From: Takakia lepidozioides | Taxonomy: Eukaryota; Plantae; Bryophyta | DNA: 64,000 bases | Direction of reading: 5' to 3' | Assembly (NCBI GenBank): GCA_030704615.1 | Contig: CM060732.1 | Location: 16,740,001-16,804,000, forward strand | Part shown: positions 50,887 to 63,985 of the stretch, piece after piece | Layout: each line of letters starts with the position of its first letter | Position numbering within the stretch: position 1 is the stretch's first letter | Made by a program: the position numbers and the translations under genes | Notes under the pieces: model-generated | Told to the model about the DNA's origin: nothing | The model's database searches: none | What the model saw: the letters and a program-made list of their open reading frames with translations, nothing else

Positions 50887-51988
50887 GTAAGAATTTCTCC
50901 TAGACTTTGGGTAGACTTCCATACTGATTGTTTTCAAGTGGAAAAGCTTAATTTTATCCTAATTCTTAACATGTATCCAAGTATCTTGTAATCTATTTAC
51001 TTTTAGAAACTGTCCTGAGGTCTGAGTACTATACCACTTCATGGATAACCAAATCGGCTCTGTGCTCATGTTCGAGAGTATCTGGAGACTCGACTGTATG
51101 AAATATGAGGTTTTCAAGGAATGTATCACATAGAACCTTTACATGATTGTGATATGCAAAATGGAATACTCAAATTGTTAGGGGACATGAATGCTTCATT
51201 TTGCATGCTTCTTTCGATCGAGAGTAACTTTTGAACACACCACACAACACTGTAGCTGTCTTTGTTACAGTGTTGGGCTGCAGTATGTAGCACACTGGAA
51301 GTTGTGTAGACAACAATTTCCAGTTTGCGGGAGAGGAAGTGTGGGACTTGTTTCTGGGTTTAAGTAGTGGTTCTGCCTTTTGGGCTTCCACTTTTGCTTC
51401 CCTCGAAGTTCTCATGGAGGTAATTCTGTCATGTTGTCCTCCTAGGTTTAAAACGCAGTTAGCTTTAATTGCTGGGCCCGTACTTACCAAGAAGCATTTA
51501 GCTTTTGGTAACGGTTTTGGGTGGATCTCATCCTTTTTTTGGATGTGCTTGATTCTCTTTTGTTGGTGTTTTCTTCGTGGTTCATCCTGGATTGGGATGA
51601 TGGTCGTTGATGATTGTCCTAGTTCGGTTGGTTTATGTTAATCCATTTTGGATGCGCGCATCCATCTTCGTACGTGGTCTGTTTTTAGATGAGCGGCGTG
51701 TGCACAGTACTTGCAAACCGGTTTAATGGCTTTGCCCTTATCATCCGCCGTCTTTTGGCAATCTGTTGGATTGCGCCGTCGTTCTTGCTCCGTGTTATGA
51801 TCGATGGTTCGTGGTGCATTATTACCACGGTCGGTGGGGTCATTTGGAGCGTACATCTCGGAGTTTAACACAAGCAGTGACTCGTTGGCTGCTTCGTATT
51901 CGTTCACGGTTCTGTAGGGCATATGTGCTGGCCACGGCTCTCCATACGGTATACGTGGTGGTAGTGCCGACATCCAAATTCGTGGTGG

Positions 51989-52872
51989 TCAAAACGTGGC
52001 GGTGCCCTGAATTCGTACTGCCACCTGTTTCATTACCTGCTGATCCACCGTGGTATCGTGATGGATGTAATATGCACTGGAGGTTTCACGTTCTTCATCT
52101 ACGGTTTGGTCTTCCTCGTTGGCGTATAAGTCATGGATGAGGGCTCTGTCATGTATCCCTTTGTAGCCCTTTAACTTGTTGATATTCATTCGTCCCACGA
52201 ATTCTTGTTCCAGGGTCTGCCAATCGATAGTTCCATTGTCATGTACCTTTTTGATTTGAAAAGGTCCCATCCATGGCATTTTCAATTTCCCTCCCAGTTT
52301 GATCTTTTTTATTTTTGGTAGTCACAACACAATTTCTCCGTTCTGGAAAGATTTTTCTTTCCCTTCTGATATTCTTTTTCTTCGTTGTTCTTAAAATTCG
52401 TGCCTGTTATCTGCAGCGTCTGCCCGAACTTCTTCCAAATGAAATAACTCATGTTCCTTGAGTCGTAAATATTCTTCTAAGCCCCATCGTTCATGAGTTC
52501 CGGTTTGTAATGTAGGTATCATGCATTCAATGGGTAGGAGTGCCTCTGCTCCATACACTAGTTGAAATGGTGTATGTTTCGTGGTCACCTTGTATAAGGT
52601 CCTGAATGCCCATAGTGCTGTGTTCATCTTGGTGTCCCAATCTGTGCAATTGGCATTCACTATCTTAGTTAAGATAGTGCACAAAATCTTGTTGGTAGAT
52701 TCGGCTTGGCCATTTCACTGGGGATAGTAATCAGTGCTCTTGTGATGTACAATCATGAACTCCTTCGTCAAGCATTTTATGGCATCATTCATAAAATGTG
52801 ATCCCTGATCACTGACGAATTCCAATGGGCAACCAAATCGTGTGATGATGTTCTCATATAAGAATTTGGCTG
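51989..52872 (-). pseudogene. Gypsy (Athila/Tat-like) integrase core and C-terminus
   Basis: IITRFGCPLEFVSDQGSHF, NGQAESTNK, ALWAFRT..TPFQLVYG, WMGPFQI. Confidence 0.88.
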
Positions 52873-52877
52873 TTGAC

Positions 52878-53497
52878 CGGGGATTGTTTTTCCATGAGCG
52901 GTGAGCAGACCGGCCATGAGCATGAGCAAAAGAGAATCAGAGGGGTATATTCACATATTCGGCGGAATTACACACTACACCGCCTAATTCCGCGGGGTGT
53001 AAATGGTGAGGGTGTGGGGGTAAATGGGCGTCAAATGGAGTGGAGTCTATGGAATGGAGGTAAGTGGGCGCCGATTTGTGTCATTATCCCAATTTTAGGG
53101 GGGAAAAAAAGAAAAAAGAAAAAAGAAAAGAAAAGAAACCTAAATCGGCGCCGACTTACCTCCCAACCAAATTGGTAAGTCGGCGCCGATTTCGGTTTTT
53201 ACAAATTGGCGTCGACTTAGCTCTTCCTGTGAAAATAGACATTGATCATTTTAACTTCCTTTGTTGTTTGTTCCGCGGAAATAGAAACATGGCATATTAC
53301 CGCAGGTCCATATTCGCCGCCGACTTCCCATAATTGGACCTTCTGGTTGTCCGCATTGATCCACCATTTTCGTGCAAATAACTGTGGAATGGACTCAAAA
53401 TTGCCTCAAAATTGTGCCATTTCAGACTCTGCTCATGCTTATTTCTGCTCATGCTCGTGCTTAGCTGTGCTCATCACTCATGGAGTTTACAGGCCTT
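52878..53497. mobile_element. MITE-like element with imperfect ATGAGC-rich inverted ends
   Basis: Left tccatgagcggtgagca..catgagcatgagca mirrors right tgctcatgctcgtg..tgctcatcactcatgga. Internal AATCGGCGCCGA motifs. Confidence 0.5.
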
Positions 53498-53579
53498 GTT
53501 GACCTGGCAGTGTTGTCTCTTAGTGCCTTGGCCTCTACCCACTTGGTAGTGTAATCAGTGGCTGTGAGAATGTATTGGT

Positions 53580-53740
53580 TCTGTGTGTACCTTGCTGGAG
53601 GTTTTGTGTTAGTCTTCATGGATGACATCTTAATCTATTCAAGGTCTGACGAAGAACACATAGAACACTTGAGAAATGTTCTAGAGATCTTGCGAGAGAA
53701 TAAGCTCTATTCTAAGAAGAGCAAGTGTGAGTTTTTTGTT
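53580..53740 (+). pseudogene. Gypsy RT scrap
   Basis: [45 protein letters not shown]. Confidence 0.85.
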
Positions 53741-53859
53741 CCCAGTGAAAGGAGTAGAGTGGATGGGAAGACCCAATTTTATGTTCAAGATCAAAAGTAC
53801 CGTGAGTTGCCAGATCTAACGACACCACGGGCAAACAACTATCGTCAGTGGCATAAGTG

Positions 53860-54531
53860 CGAAACTTCTATAACATTCCCAGCCCCACGTCCTAACAGCC
53901 CCAGGAAGTTTGTTTGTCTCAGCCAAACATGGAGTGGAGTCGCGATTGTTTCTTGTTCGAGTACGACATGAGAAACATTGCCGACAAGCTTGCGATCGAG
54001 AGTTACAAAAAACATCCAGATGATGCACAAAGTGTATGTATGTGGGTCGATAGCAAACCTAAAAGCGTCTTTTTTTACCACGAAGAGACAGCGCCAGTGG
54101 CGGGTGATTTGAAGTTCGTGATTGGAATACAAATGAAGTGGCGAAAACAGAAAATGATTGACCTGGGACACAACCGTGTGGTATCCTGTGATGCAACATT
54201 TGGGACCAACAAAAATAAGGTAGGGATGTCACACTTAACCTTTCATTGCATTCTGAAATGTGAGTGTCATGCATCTGTTGCCAAGAAGACAACACACACC
54301 TTATTCATTTTGTATCATTGTGACATTGCAGTTCCCAATGTATATCATGAGGATATTCGACGAATGGCTGAACATCATTCCTGTTGTTTATATTATTTCA
54401 GCGAGAAACAAAACTACTGATCTGAGCCCATGGATGATCCGTCTCCGCGACCGACTTCTTCACAACAAATCAGATTGGAAGTCAAATGCTTTTGTTGTCG
54501 ACGATGCAGACGCAGAAATCAATGCCATCAG
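53860..54531 (+). pseudogene. MULE-domain transposase fragment, spliced
   Basis: VSCDATFGTNKNK|intron|FPMY..IPVVYII..NAFVVDDADAEINAIR|gt. Confidence 0.78.
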
Positions 54532-54920
54532 GTACACTGTTGTGAGTTACACTATGAGTTATATTGCCAGGTACACGCGGGGTTAGATGGATTGGGTTAC
54601 ACTGCTATGAGTTACACTGCCAGTTATACGAGGGGTTACATGGTTTGGGTTACACTGTGTTACATTGCGAGTTACACGAGGGGTTACATGGATTGGGTTA
54701 CACTGCTGTGAGTTATAGTGAGAGTTACACGAGGGGTTACATGGATTGCGTTACACTGTTGTGAGTTACATTGTGAGTTTCACAAGGGATTACATGGATT
54801 GGGTTACACTACTGTCACTTACACTGCTAAGAATTACACTGCGAGTTTCACTGCCAGTTACACGAGGGGTTACATGGAATGGGTTGCACTGCTGTGAATT
54901 ACACTGCTATGGCTTACACT
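54532..54920. repeat. GTTACAC-rich minisatellite, about 55-bp unit
   Basis: Repeated cacgaggggttacatggattgggttacactgctgtgagttaca. Confidence 0.88.
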
Positions 54921-55530
54921 TGTTGTGCACCTAAGCATCGTGCCACAACATACATCGCTGTCTACCAGACATTCCAAGAACACAATCCTAGAAAGCTATG
55001 CCACAATGAAAGAGATGAGAAATGGAAGAAGTGGAAGACAATGAAAACTCTCTAAGCATGAACCAATCACACTAAGAACAAACCCTAGTCATTCCAAGTG
55101 AAATCCACTCTATCACATAAACTAAGTCAAGCCAAGGGCACCTTTGCTAAGGAATCCACCCTACAAAGCCCTCAACACACTCCCTCTCAATACCTAGAGC
55201 TATGGAGGTGAGAGAGGCTCATGGAGGCTCAACTACAAGAAGATGAGGCCTCCTCAACCCTCACCAGGGGAAAACCCATCCCCATGTCCCAAGTGAGCTG
55301 GCTCAACACCTCACTTGACATATGAGACCAAATGAAGTCCCAACACACAAAATACAAATATAAATATCCAAAATGTCCTAATTAACTAGAAGTAGGTAGA
55401 TCTAGTTAACCGTGACTCAAAACAATGACAGCTATCGTGCACCTAGCATCGTGTCACAACATATATCATTGTCTACCACACATTCTAAGCACACAAGCCT
55501 AGAAAGCTATGCCACAATCCCCCCCCCCCC
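54921..55530 (-). repeat. LTR-like segment with PPT
   Basis: Minus-strand TGTGGC..CAACA (55516-54921) preceded by a G run (55519-55530). Internal ~80-bp duplication at the two ends. Confidence 0.55.
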
Positions 55531-56653
55531 AGCTGGTGATTAGGTCCCTCTAACACCGGATAGCTAACAAGTACTGATCCTAATTGGATAATCGCTTGGT
55601 CTTCAACCGCATATGTCCCAATTTCTAAAGGATATGGATCAAGAGGCCGGGTATTAGGAGAGCCCCGTCGTTAGTCGCATGCCTACAATCCATGATTTTC
55701 AATTGAGTATCCATGGCGTGGGGCTCCCACCAGCTAGACCTTGGATCACTTGTCAACTTCACCATTGTCATGCCCACTACCTCTGTCCAAGGCATCGTGG
55801 ATACAACCATTCTCCGCTAGGAACGTCCTCAAGTGATGGTGTAAAACATCCCATGTGTCACCCCCTTGAGCATTTGTCACACACCAACATGGTTGCGGCA
55901 CAACTAGCATGCAATGCAAACCTGTAGGTATCACTGCAAGGTTGGGATCTATCCTCCCATCCCATGTGGAAGGTGACATGGCGCATGATTGCGCACATGG
56001 TCCTTCCATACCATGCCATCTGGACCCTCCAAAATCAACACTCTTGAAGGCAACACCTCTCATACCCGTAGAATCACACGCCCTGCTATGACATCTAAGG
56101 TCGTTGGTGCTGTCACTACTGCAAATGGGGGCCGGGGAAGGAGGGGGGGGGGGGGGGGGGTGGGTAGCAACGCCAGTCCGCGCCCCGACGACGGGCGCGG
56201 CACTGAGCCTGTGATGCCACCCCCGTGGCCCCTCCTGCAATGCCCCGGTGCAATCCGATGGGCCCAGCGTCTTTGCGTCGCAAACCTGACGGAACCCGAC
56301 GGACCCAGCGTCGGGGCCAGGCTGCGACGCCAGAACGTCGCACGCCGGTGTGATGGGGAAGAGGGGGCCCCCAAGGGGCGACGACATGGTGTCGGTGGAG
56401 CCGTCGACTGCGACGCCCCGCCGTCGCAAGGTGGCATGAAGGGGAAGAGAGGGGCCCACCCTCGCCCCCTGTTGCGACAGCGGGGCGTCGCAGGAGGGGG
56501 CTTTGGGACGGCCGCTCCCTGTTGTGACGGAAGGGGGTCGCAACGGGGGGGTGGGGGGGTGCTTAAGTAAGGTTTGAGACAACGGGCGGGGAGAGGGGGT
56601 GGGGACGGGAGATGGGACAGGCCCCCCCCCACCTTCTTTATTATTATTTTTTG

Positions 56654-56659
<6 letters not shown>

Positions 56660-56703
<44 letters not shown>
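56660..56703. repeat. (CT)n microsatellite
   Basis: About 21 CT units. Confidence 0.95.
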
Positions 56704-56705
<2 letters not shown>

Positions 56706-59700
56706 CACGATATATGGAATTGTCATATTAACTTCCATGTTTTTAAGGTTTCATGGCGAACGGATGAAATTCATCCTGGTTTCATCTCTATCTGCCCATG
56801 GTTTTGTAGTTTCATGACGGACTGGTGAAATTTCATCCTGGTTTCATCCTAGTTTGCCCCGATTTCATCCTAGTTTGCCCCGATTTCATCCTAGTTTCAT
56901 CACTGCTATGATGGGGAGTGCTTAGATGAACTAACTCCCGCATTTTTTCATCCTATGTTGAATAAGTTTCATTAATTGACAACCTATCAGTAAACTCCTT
57001 CGCAGGACCGCAGAAGAGCCTGGAAGCTAATCATTGTTGTGTTAGCCTTTGTCCTCCATGGTTGGCTGCTTTTTGACCTTATGCGGGGGCTGAGGCGCGG
57101 CGGAGCGGTGGTGTGCGGGGGCTGGGTGGTGGCTGGGGCCGAGGCGCGGCGGAGAGGAATCGTGATGGAATGGATGAATGTCATTCCATGCTTGGATGAC
57201 TGTCATGACCTGACATGGGTTCGTCAGTGAAAACCCTATCTCCCGCCTTGTGCATTGAGTTCTCATGCGGCTCAAAGAAGATGAGGGCAGTGCGGCAAGC
57301 AGTTACAATCCCCTGCTGATTGTGCTTTTTAAAGATTCTGTGTACATTCTTCCCCCTTGGATCCATTATGAACAACGACTCTCTTCATGATATACAGGAA
57401 GGCACCCTTCATCTTTAAAATGCTTGAAGCTGTGAGCAAGATCGTTATCTTCTTTGCTCATTTTCAGTTTGCAAGTACTTAGAGCTATTTTGTGCAAGTG
57501 CTTGGAGCTGTTTCTTCCAATTCATTTGCAGGCTTGGAGCTATGGCTAAGATCCCCCAGACAGTAAAAAAAGGTTTTGTACTGTTGGGTTTGATACCCTA
57601 GACTTTGTGGTATTCTGTTTTGTTTGAAATCTGCATGTTGGACAACGATAACAAGCGTGATGCCTGCTATTCTCACCTAGGGTTCCACAATCCTCACTAA
57701 CCTATTGGTTTTTGTGGGGGCTTGTGATGGGACCAGGTGAGGGCACTTGACATGATGCTTTCGAGCTTGCAGGACTCCATGATGTCTTCAAGGGAACAAT
57801 GACTATAGCCTGCCGTTTGTTCATCAGAGACTATCAGATACCGTCGACACTCTGGGTTTTACAGGATCTACTCTTCTTCTGGCTTTCTTTCACTCATGAA
57901 CAATATAGGTTTTAGTTTTTGGCCTTGGCAATCATACTCAAAACTTTGAGTACTTAAGGCTTCTTCATGTCTGGTGATTAGGGCTTGGATGTATGTATGA
58001 GACACACATCTTTGACAATGCTTAGACCTGCGTATGATATCTTTCAGAGATACATATGGTACCAGTATGGAATTTTTACCAGAGCTTACCATCTGCAATA
58101 CTTTGAGATACGTAGGCATTCTGAAAATCTATCAGATCTGCACATGACATTTTGCAGAGATACTTTTGGTACCAAGGTTGAATTTTTTCCATAACTTAGC
58201 ATCTGCAATGGCTTGAGATGCTTTGGCTACCTGGAAATGTGCATAAGACCTGCACAACCACTTTGCAGAGCTATGTACTATGTACCAGTTTGGTTTTTCT
58301 ATGCTTGTAGCATATGCCATAGTCTGGACTACTTAGACTATCTGGAAAAATTAGGCATCGGTACTTGATACCTAAATCTTTCAGAATTATAGTTGATGCC
58401 AGTATGAACTCTCCCTTGACCTTTGACTTCTGCAATTTTGAGGTATTCAGGACTTGGAAAATATTCTTTTCTGATATGTATAATTAGCTGTTGTGCTATG
58501 TTAAATTGTTACTATACCTTAGCATCTACAAGGGCTTGAGATGCTTTGGCAATCTGGAAAAGTGCATCAGTTTTACACAGCCAATTTGCAGAGCTACATA
58601 TTTGTCTGGTTTTTCAAATACCTTTGGCATCTGCCATAGTCTGATGTATTTAGACATTCTGCTGTGTTATGATAATCCTATTAAAACAAGGATGTGGAAA
58701 GAAGTTGTGCTCTGTGCTTGTATGCTTTGAAGTCAAAGTTATGTGAACAAAGCTGGGGATGAAATCCCACCCTCCCACCCGTACTTTCAAGGTAAATACC
58801 CTTAAGTTTGTATGAAGCCTACTGGTTACAAACAAGGTCTGGTTGTTTCTGTACACACCATCCACATCTACCTTCTAACTTTCCAGTGTAGTGTGAAAGA
58901 ATTGGGCACCACTATGCATGCCCACTAGGTGTTAGTATGACCAAAGATACGTGAACCCTACCCTCGCCGCAGCGGAAGGGAAGACATGGACAGGGCCAGA
59001 TGTGCTTCAATACTCCACGATTGCATGGGATTGCATATGGAGACACGATCCCTACGTCAACCCACAAATGCACACTCCTGGGGTAACGATGCCCGTGGCA
59101 AGATGTCAAATACTTATCCGGATGGTAACTTCATAATTCAGAGTAGGAAGCCCACTACTTGATGCCTACCCAGCACTCTCAAATCTTCTCGCTCCCTATG
59201 GGCAGAATCCTCACTATTGGACCCACACTCTATCCTTTCTCCTTCAACTATCCATGCCTCTGCACAAATCATGCATTCATCTTTGCCCTTGCTGCTAGCA
59301 GCTGACAATGACAACCTAGGAAACACCCAATCACACTAGTTCCTATGCTGAATTGCATCTGCTACTCTTTGTCATCTAATAGGCATTCAACTTTTTGCCT
59401 CGGTTGTTCCACCATTCACAAGGGTCAACAAAATATTCATTCCACACCTTCTCCTCATCTCTATTATCTGTTTTGGATACTTCCACATCGGCAGTTACTT
59501 GTCATAGTCATTCCAAACCACTACAAATCTACCCAACAAACTAACTTACAGAATTCAATATGCATCTCAGGGCCGAGTCTGATGAGAGGGCAAAACAGGC
59601 TGAAATAGGTCAAAGAAGAAGGTGCCCTCACCACATTGTCCTTGACAACTCAATATGTAAATTCAGGGCCGAGTCTGATGAGAGGGAAAAACAGGCTGAA

Positions 59701-59729
59701 ATAGGTCGAAGAAGAAGGTGCCCTCACCA

Positions 59730-60790
59730 CATTCTCCAAGGCCTCCATACCACGCCCCTGCTGTGCACACCCTGCAAGCATCGTGTTCCACTTGATGAAA
59801 GATCGTTGAGGCATTCTATTGAACACTTGGTGAGCATCCATGATGCTCCCGCACATAACATACATGTTGACAAGGGTGTTGAGTAGAAAAATATTTGGCA
59901 TGCACTTTAGATATGTGAGTGTGCACCTTCTTTCTAGCTTCAAGGCCTTTCATCTTGATGCACTTATGCAATTCCAGCTCTGAAGATGTCGCCATGTGGA
60001 CCTCTTTCCCCTTTTCCAAAGCTGCCAGGGCAGTGTTCAGATTGACATTTGGTACAATTCCAGCTTTGATGATATCCCCATGCACCTCTTTGCCCTTTTC
60101 TAGGCCGGCTACCAGGCTTGCACAAGCATTGCAAATGCACACAAACATGATGTGCTTCCCCCATCATTTGCTCATAGCTCTCCAAAGCCTCCATTCCACA
60201 TCCCTGCTGTGCATACCCTGCAAGCACATCATATCGCACTCCACGACACCACATGTCATTTAGCCATAGTGTCGAGCACTCCCTTTGCATCCTAGATGCG
60301 GACATGTAGGCCAAATGTGGGTGCATCGAGGATGCCAAGAGAGTGTTCAACACTATGGCTGAACGAGATGTGATGTCGTGGAGTGCGATGCTCACAGGGT
60401 ATGCAGAGCAGGGGTGCGGGATGGAGGCTTTGGAGACCTATGAGCAAATGATGGAGGAAAGGGTGAAGCCCGCCGACATAACGTTTGTGTGCGGTTTGCA
60501 GTGCGTCTGGCAGACCTGGAAAAGGGCAAAGAGATCAATGGTGACATCATCAAATCTGCAATTGTACCAGATGTCATCCTGAACACTGCTCTGATGGACA
60601 TATATGCCAAATGTGGGAGCATTGAGGATGCCAAGGGAGTTTTCAACACTATGGTTGAACAAGATGTGGTGTTGTGGAGTGCGATGCTTGTAGGGTGTGC
60701 ACAGCAGAGGCATGGGATGGAGGATTTGGAGACCTATGAGCAAATGATGGGGGAAGGGGTGAAGCCCAACCGCATCAAGTTTGTGTGCAA
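59730..60790. pseudogene. PLS-type PPR repeats, scrambled, on both strands
   Basis: ALMDIYAKCGSIEDAKGVFNTMVEQDVVLWSAML (plus strand); LVNMYVMCGSIMDAHQVFNRM (minus strand); frameshifts. Confidence 0.9.
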
Positions 60791-60794
60791 GCTC

Positions 60795-61595
60795 CAGATT
60801 ACCTATGATTCCCTGTGGATCAATATCTACTACCAACCTGCATGGGTAGATGGTCAACTAGAAGCTGCAGCAACAGCGGCACAATTGATAAAATCAGCAC
60901 CTTCTTCAACACATTCCACCCTATTTTTCCCTCTTATCAGAATCGGCCATGTTGAATTCTGCAAGCTAGCTGGTTTGGAATGACTGACATGATACTGCCA
61001 ATGTGACAACAGAAAATATCCAGAAATAAATAATAGAGATAAGCAGAAGTTGTGGAATGAATATTTTTCTGACCCCAGTCAATGGTGGGACGATCAAGCT
61101 CGAGGCAAGAAGGTGAATGCCTATTGGATTATAGAGAGTAGCAAATGCAATTGAGCATAGGAACTAGTGTGATAGGTAGGGTTGGGGTGTTTGCTGGAAC
61201 AACTCTAGGCTATCATTATCAGCTGCTAGCAGCAAGCCAAAGATGAATGCATGATATGTAGGGTGACATACCCTATTGCTGAAATCTGGCCCTCTTGGAT
61301 GAATCTGGACCTTCAGCTATCCATGGATTACAAAGAGTAGTAGATGCAATTGAGCATAGGAACTAGAGTGATAAGTTGAGTTGGGTGTTTCCTAGAACAG
61401 ATGTAGGCTGTCATTGTCAGCTGCTAGCAGCAAGGCAAGGATGTATGCATGGTTTGTGCAGAGGCATGGATAGCTGAAGGAGCAGGGATGGAGTGTGAGT
61501 CCAGATTCATCCAAGAGGGCCATATTTCAAGCATAAGGTTACCTATGATTCCCTGTGGATCAATAGTTACAAGAAACTTGCATGGGTAGATGGTC
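60795..61595 (+). pseudogene. OSB-type PDF-motif coding remnants
   Basis: LWNEYFSDPSQWWDDQARGKK|intron 61113-61504|IHPRGPYFKHKVTYDSLWINSYKKLAWV; second half-motif ITYDSLWIN..PAWV at about 60800. Confidence 0.65.
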
Positions 61596-62526
61596 TATCA
61601 CTGACCAAAAGGCAGAAAGTAGTACATGGCTTTTAGCATGCCTGCGGAGACGTAGTGTAGATATAGTATGTCACCCTTTATCATGGCTGGATTTTGTTGA
61701 CTCTATTCCAACACTTGCTGTCTTGCATTCTATTCTGTTTTTGAATGGTGAATCTTCAAGAGTATTTGGATTTGCATATTCACTTCGAATGTATGGGAAT
61801 TGTAGGAGAATTATATGGGAATGTATGAATCACTTACACACCACTCTGTCAATGGTATATGTAAGACTGTGACAGTATGCAAGAGTGGTTGTACATACTC
61901 CTCTAGATGTAGCCCCAATCACTTACATACCACTCTGGTAGTAATAATTCAAAAACATAGTTCTTGGTGGGACACACTGAATGACTTAGTCAGTGGTTTT
62001 AGCACACAATCTAACCACTACATCAATACTGGTAGAACCACTTCGTCAGTGGTTTTAGCACATAACCTAACCATTACATTGATACTGGTAGAACCACTCA
62101 GTAACTGGTTTTAGCACACATCAATACTATTAGAACCACACATTCAGTGATAATATACATTGTTTATTCTTGAATCATGACTATTAGAGTCATTTACGTC
62201 TCACTCACATAGTTGTTTGTGAAGTCATTGCATTTTTCAGCACATCCCTAAAATAGGGCTCATGCTCATTTGCAATATCGCTACGTGTCCAGATAATGGA
62301 GCCCATAATCGTCTAACTGGATTCGGCCACGTGTCCATATGGATACGGACACGTGTCCGTCCATTGCTAAGTATGATCGACGGAGTTGTTGCGTCCACGT
62401 TGCATACGGTGGAAGTGGTCTATGTTCTGAAGTGGTTAGTTTACCACTGTGACACGTAAGCGAACAGCTGGACTCACTCATTATCTTGTTATGCATGATG
62501 CATCGCTCTGAGAAGCTTGCTCCCAC

Positions 62527-63985
62527 ATGGAACAAAGAGCTACTTGCCATGGGGTATGGAGAACCTTTACCACCTCCAATCTTAGCTGTTCAAAGTTACT
62601 TTGGCACAAGTTAATCGCCAAGATTTCCACAGCCTGGTCGAGACTTTGGACAACAAGGCCATTACTGACAGTCAAGCTCCTGGAAACTCTTGCTTTGGAG
62701 GATTGGATGAAATTAGCCCTGGTGGGCAACAGACATGGAAGGTATTTGGAAATGTTAGAGGAATGCCACAAAGGAATGGGAGAAAGTCGCGAAAAGCACT
62801 GAACGTGCCCTTAGAGAGGCAATCCCTGAGGAGGAGACTCATTGTAATTCTTAGAATAATACAACATCCACCATGGATGATTTTGTACCGTCAGTCACAA
62901 ATCACCCTTTCTTGGAACATATTGCCATACCAGAGGCAGAAAAACATGCTGTTATGGATTTTTGTGAGCAGATTGAACAGTCACAGGTGGAACAAGATCG
63001 GACTACAAGTGCCACCCCTGGCAACCTACCATTTGTTCCTTGGGTACCTGCCAGATCAGTGGAATTAGATGTGGCCAACAAGGACCACATGATGTGGCAC
63101 CCATTGTCCAACATTAATTTACTGGCCCCTATCTCAGTCTCGATGTGGGTTAAGTTGGGAAATCTAACACCAAGAGATGTGAACAGGATGCAATAGATGG
63201 TACCCAAAGATGGAAGAAGGAAACTCTGGCCATGGCATGCCTCTGAGAACTTTCTACTACAAACTTTGTGACAAAGGAGAAAAAACCTCTTTCAGAACGA
63301 AGGATATGCCAACAGGAGCAACAAGGTCCAGGAACCACAAAAGCCAACTGTTCAACTGGCATAGACCATACCTGCGATGTGACTGCAATCCGATCGCGAA
63401 AGCGGGATGCACAGGAAGTGTCATGTGGTTTGATCATGCAGTGTGGTATATGTTATGGTGTGGTTGATGAGAACAATGAGATCAGCCGTCATGGCACAGA
63501 TCACGTTTCAGCTGTCCAGAGAATACACAATGGAAGCTGCCTGCAAATTTGCTGAAGAGCCCCAAGCTAAACTATTGAAATTCTTGGGAGAAGCTGCGGG
63601 GGCAAGATACATTGAGAAACTGCTTAAACCAGGAAGTTGTTTTGACAGCTTGCCCAAACAGGCTAATATGCACAAAAGACAAAAGGCTGAAGCATGGGGA
63701 ACTCCACCTCAGAACAGACAGCCTAATGGCAGAGGACGAGGGGGACAGGTCAGAGGCAGGGGCATGTATAGCCGAGGTGCACAATCCATGGGAACCTACT
63801 CTGGCGGTGGACAGGGGAGCCCCTCATTTTCCGAGAATGCAAGATCATACACAAAGCCTAACTCTGGCGGATCTGGAGGATCTGGCAGTACCATCAACAT
63901 TGCAAGTACCGCATCCAATAAGTTTCGAGCAAGGAACCCTGAGGGGACTCCTATCAAGAAAAGAAACTTTACATCTTGGACCTGA
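62527..63985 (+). pseudogene. Unassigned protein family, copy 2 (homologous to 23902-25518)
   Basis: Same ordered motifs; G/R/S-rich C-terminus ending STINIAS..NFTSWT; several frameshifts. Confidence 0.75.

Noticed and set aside
55746-56738. 330-aa and 214-aa minus-strand ORFs
   Set aside because: GC-rich and microsatellite-derived low complexity (ERERER, poly-P); no recognisable domain.
56990-59140. Possible exon scraps and a ~140-bp duplication (58195/58518)
   Set aside because: No recognisable protein family; cannot be supported without a search.
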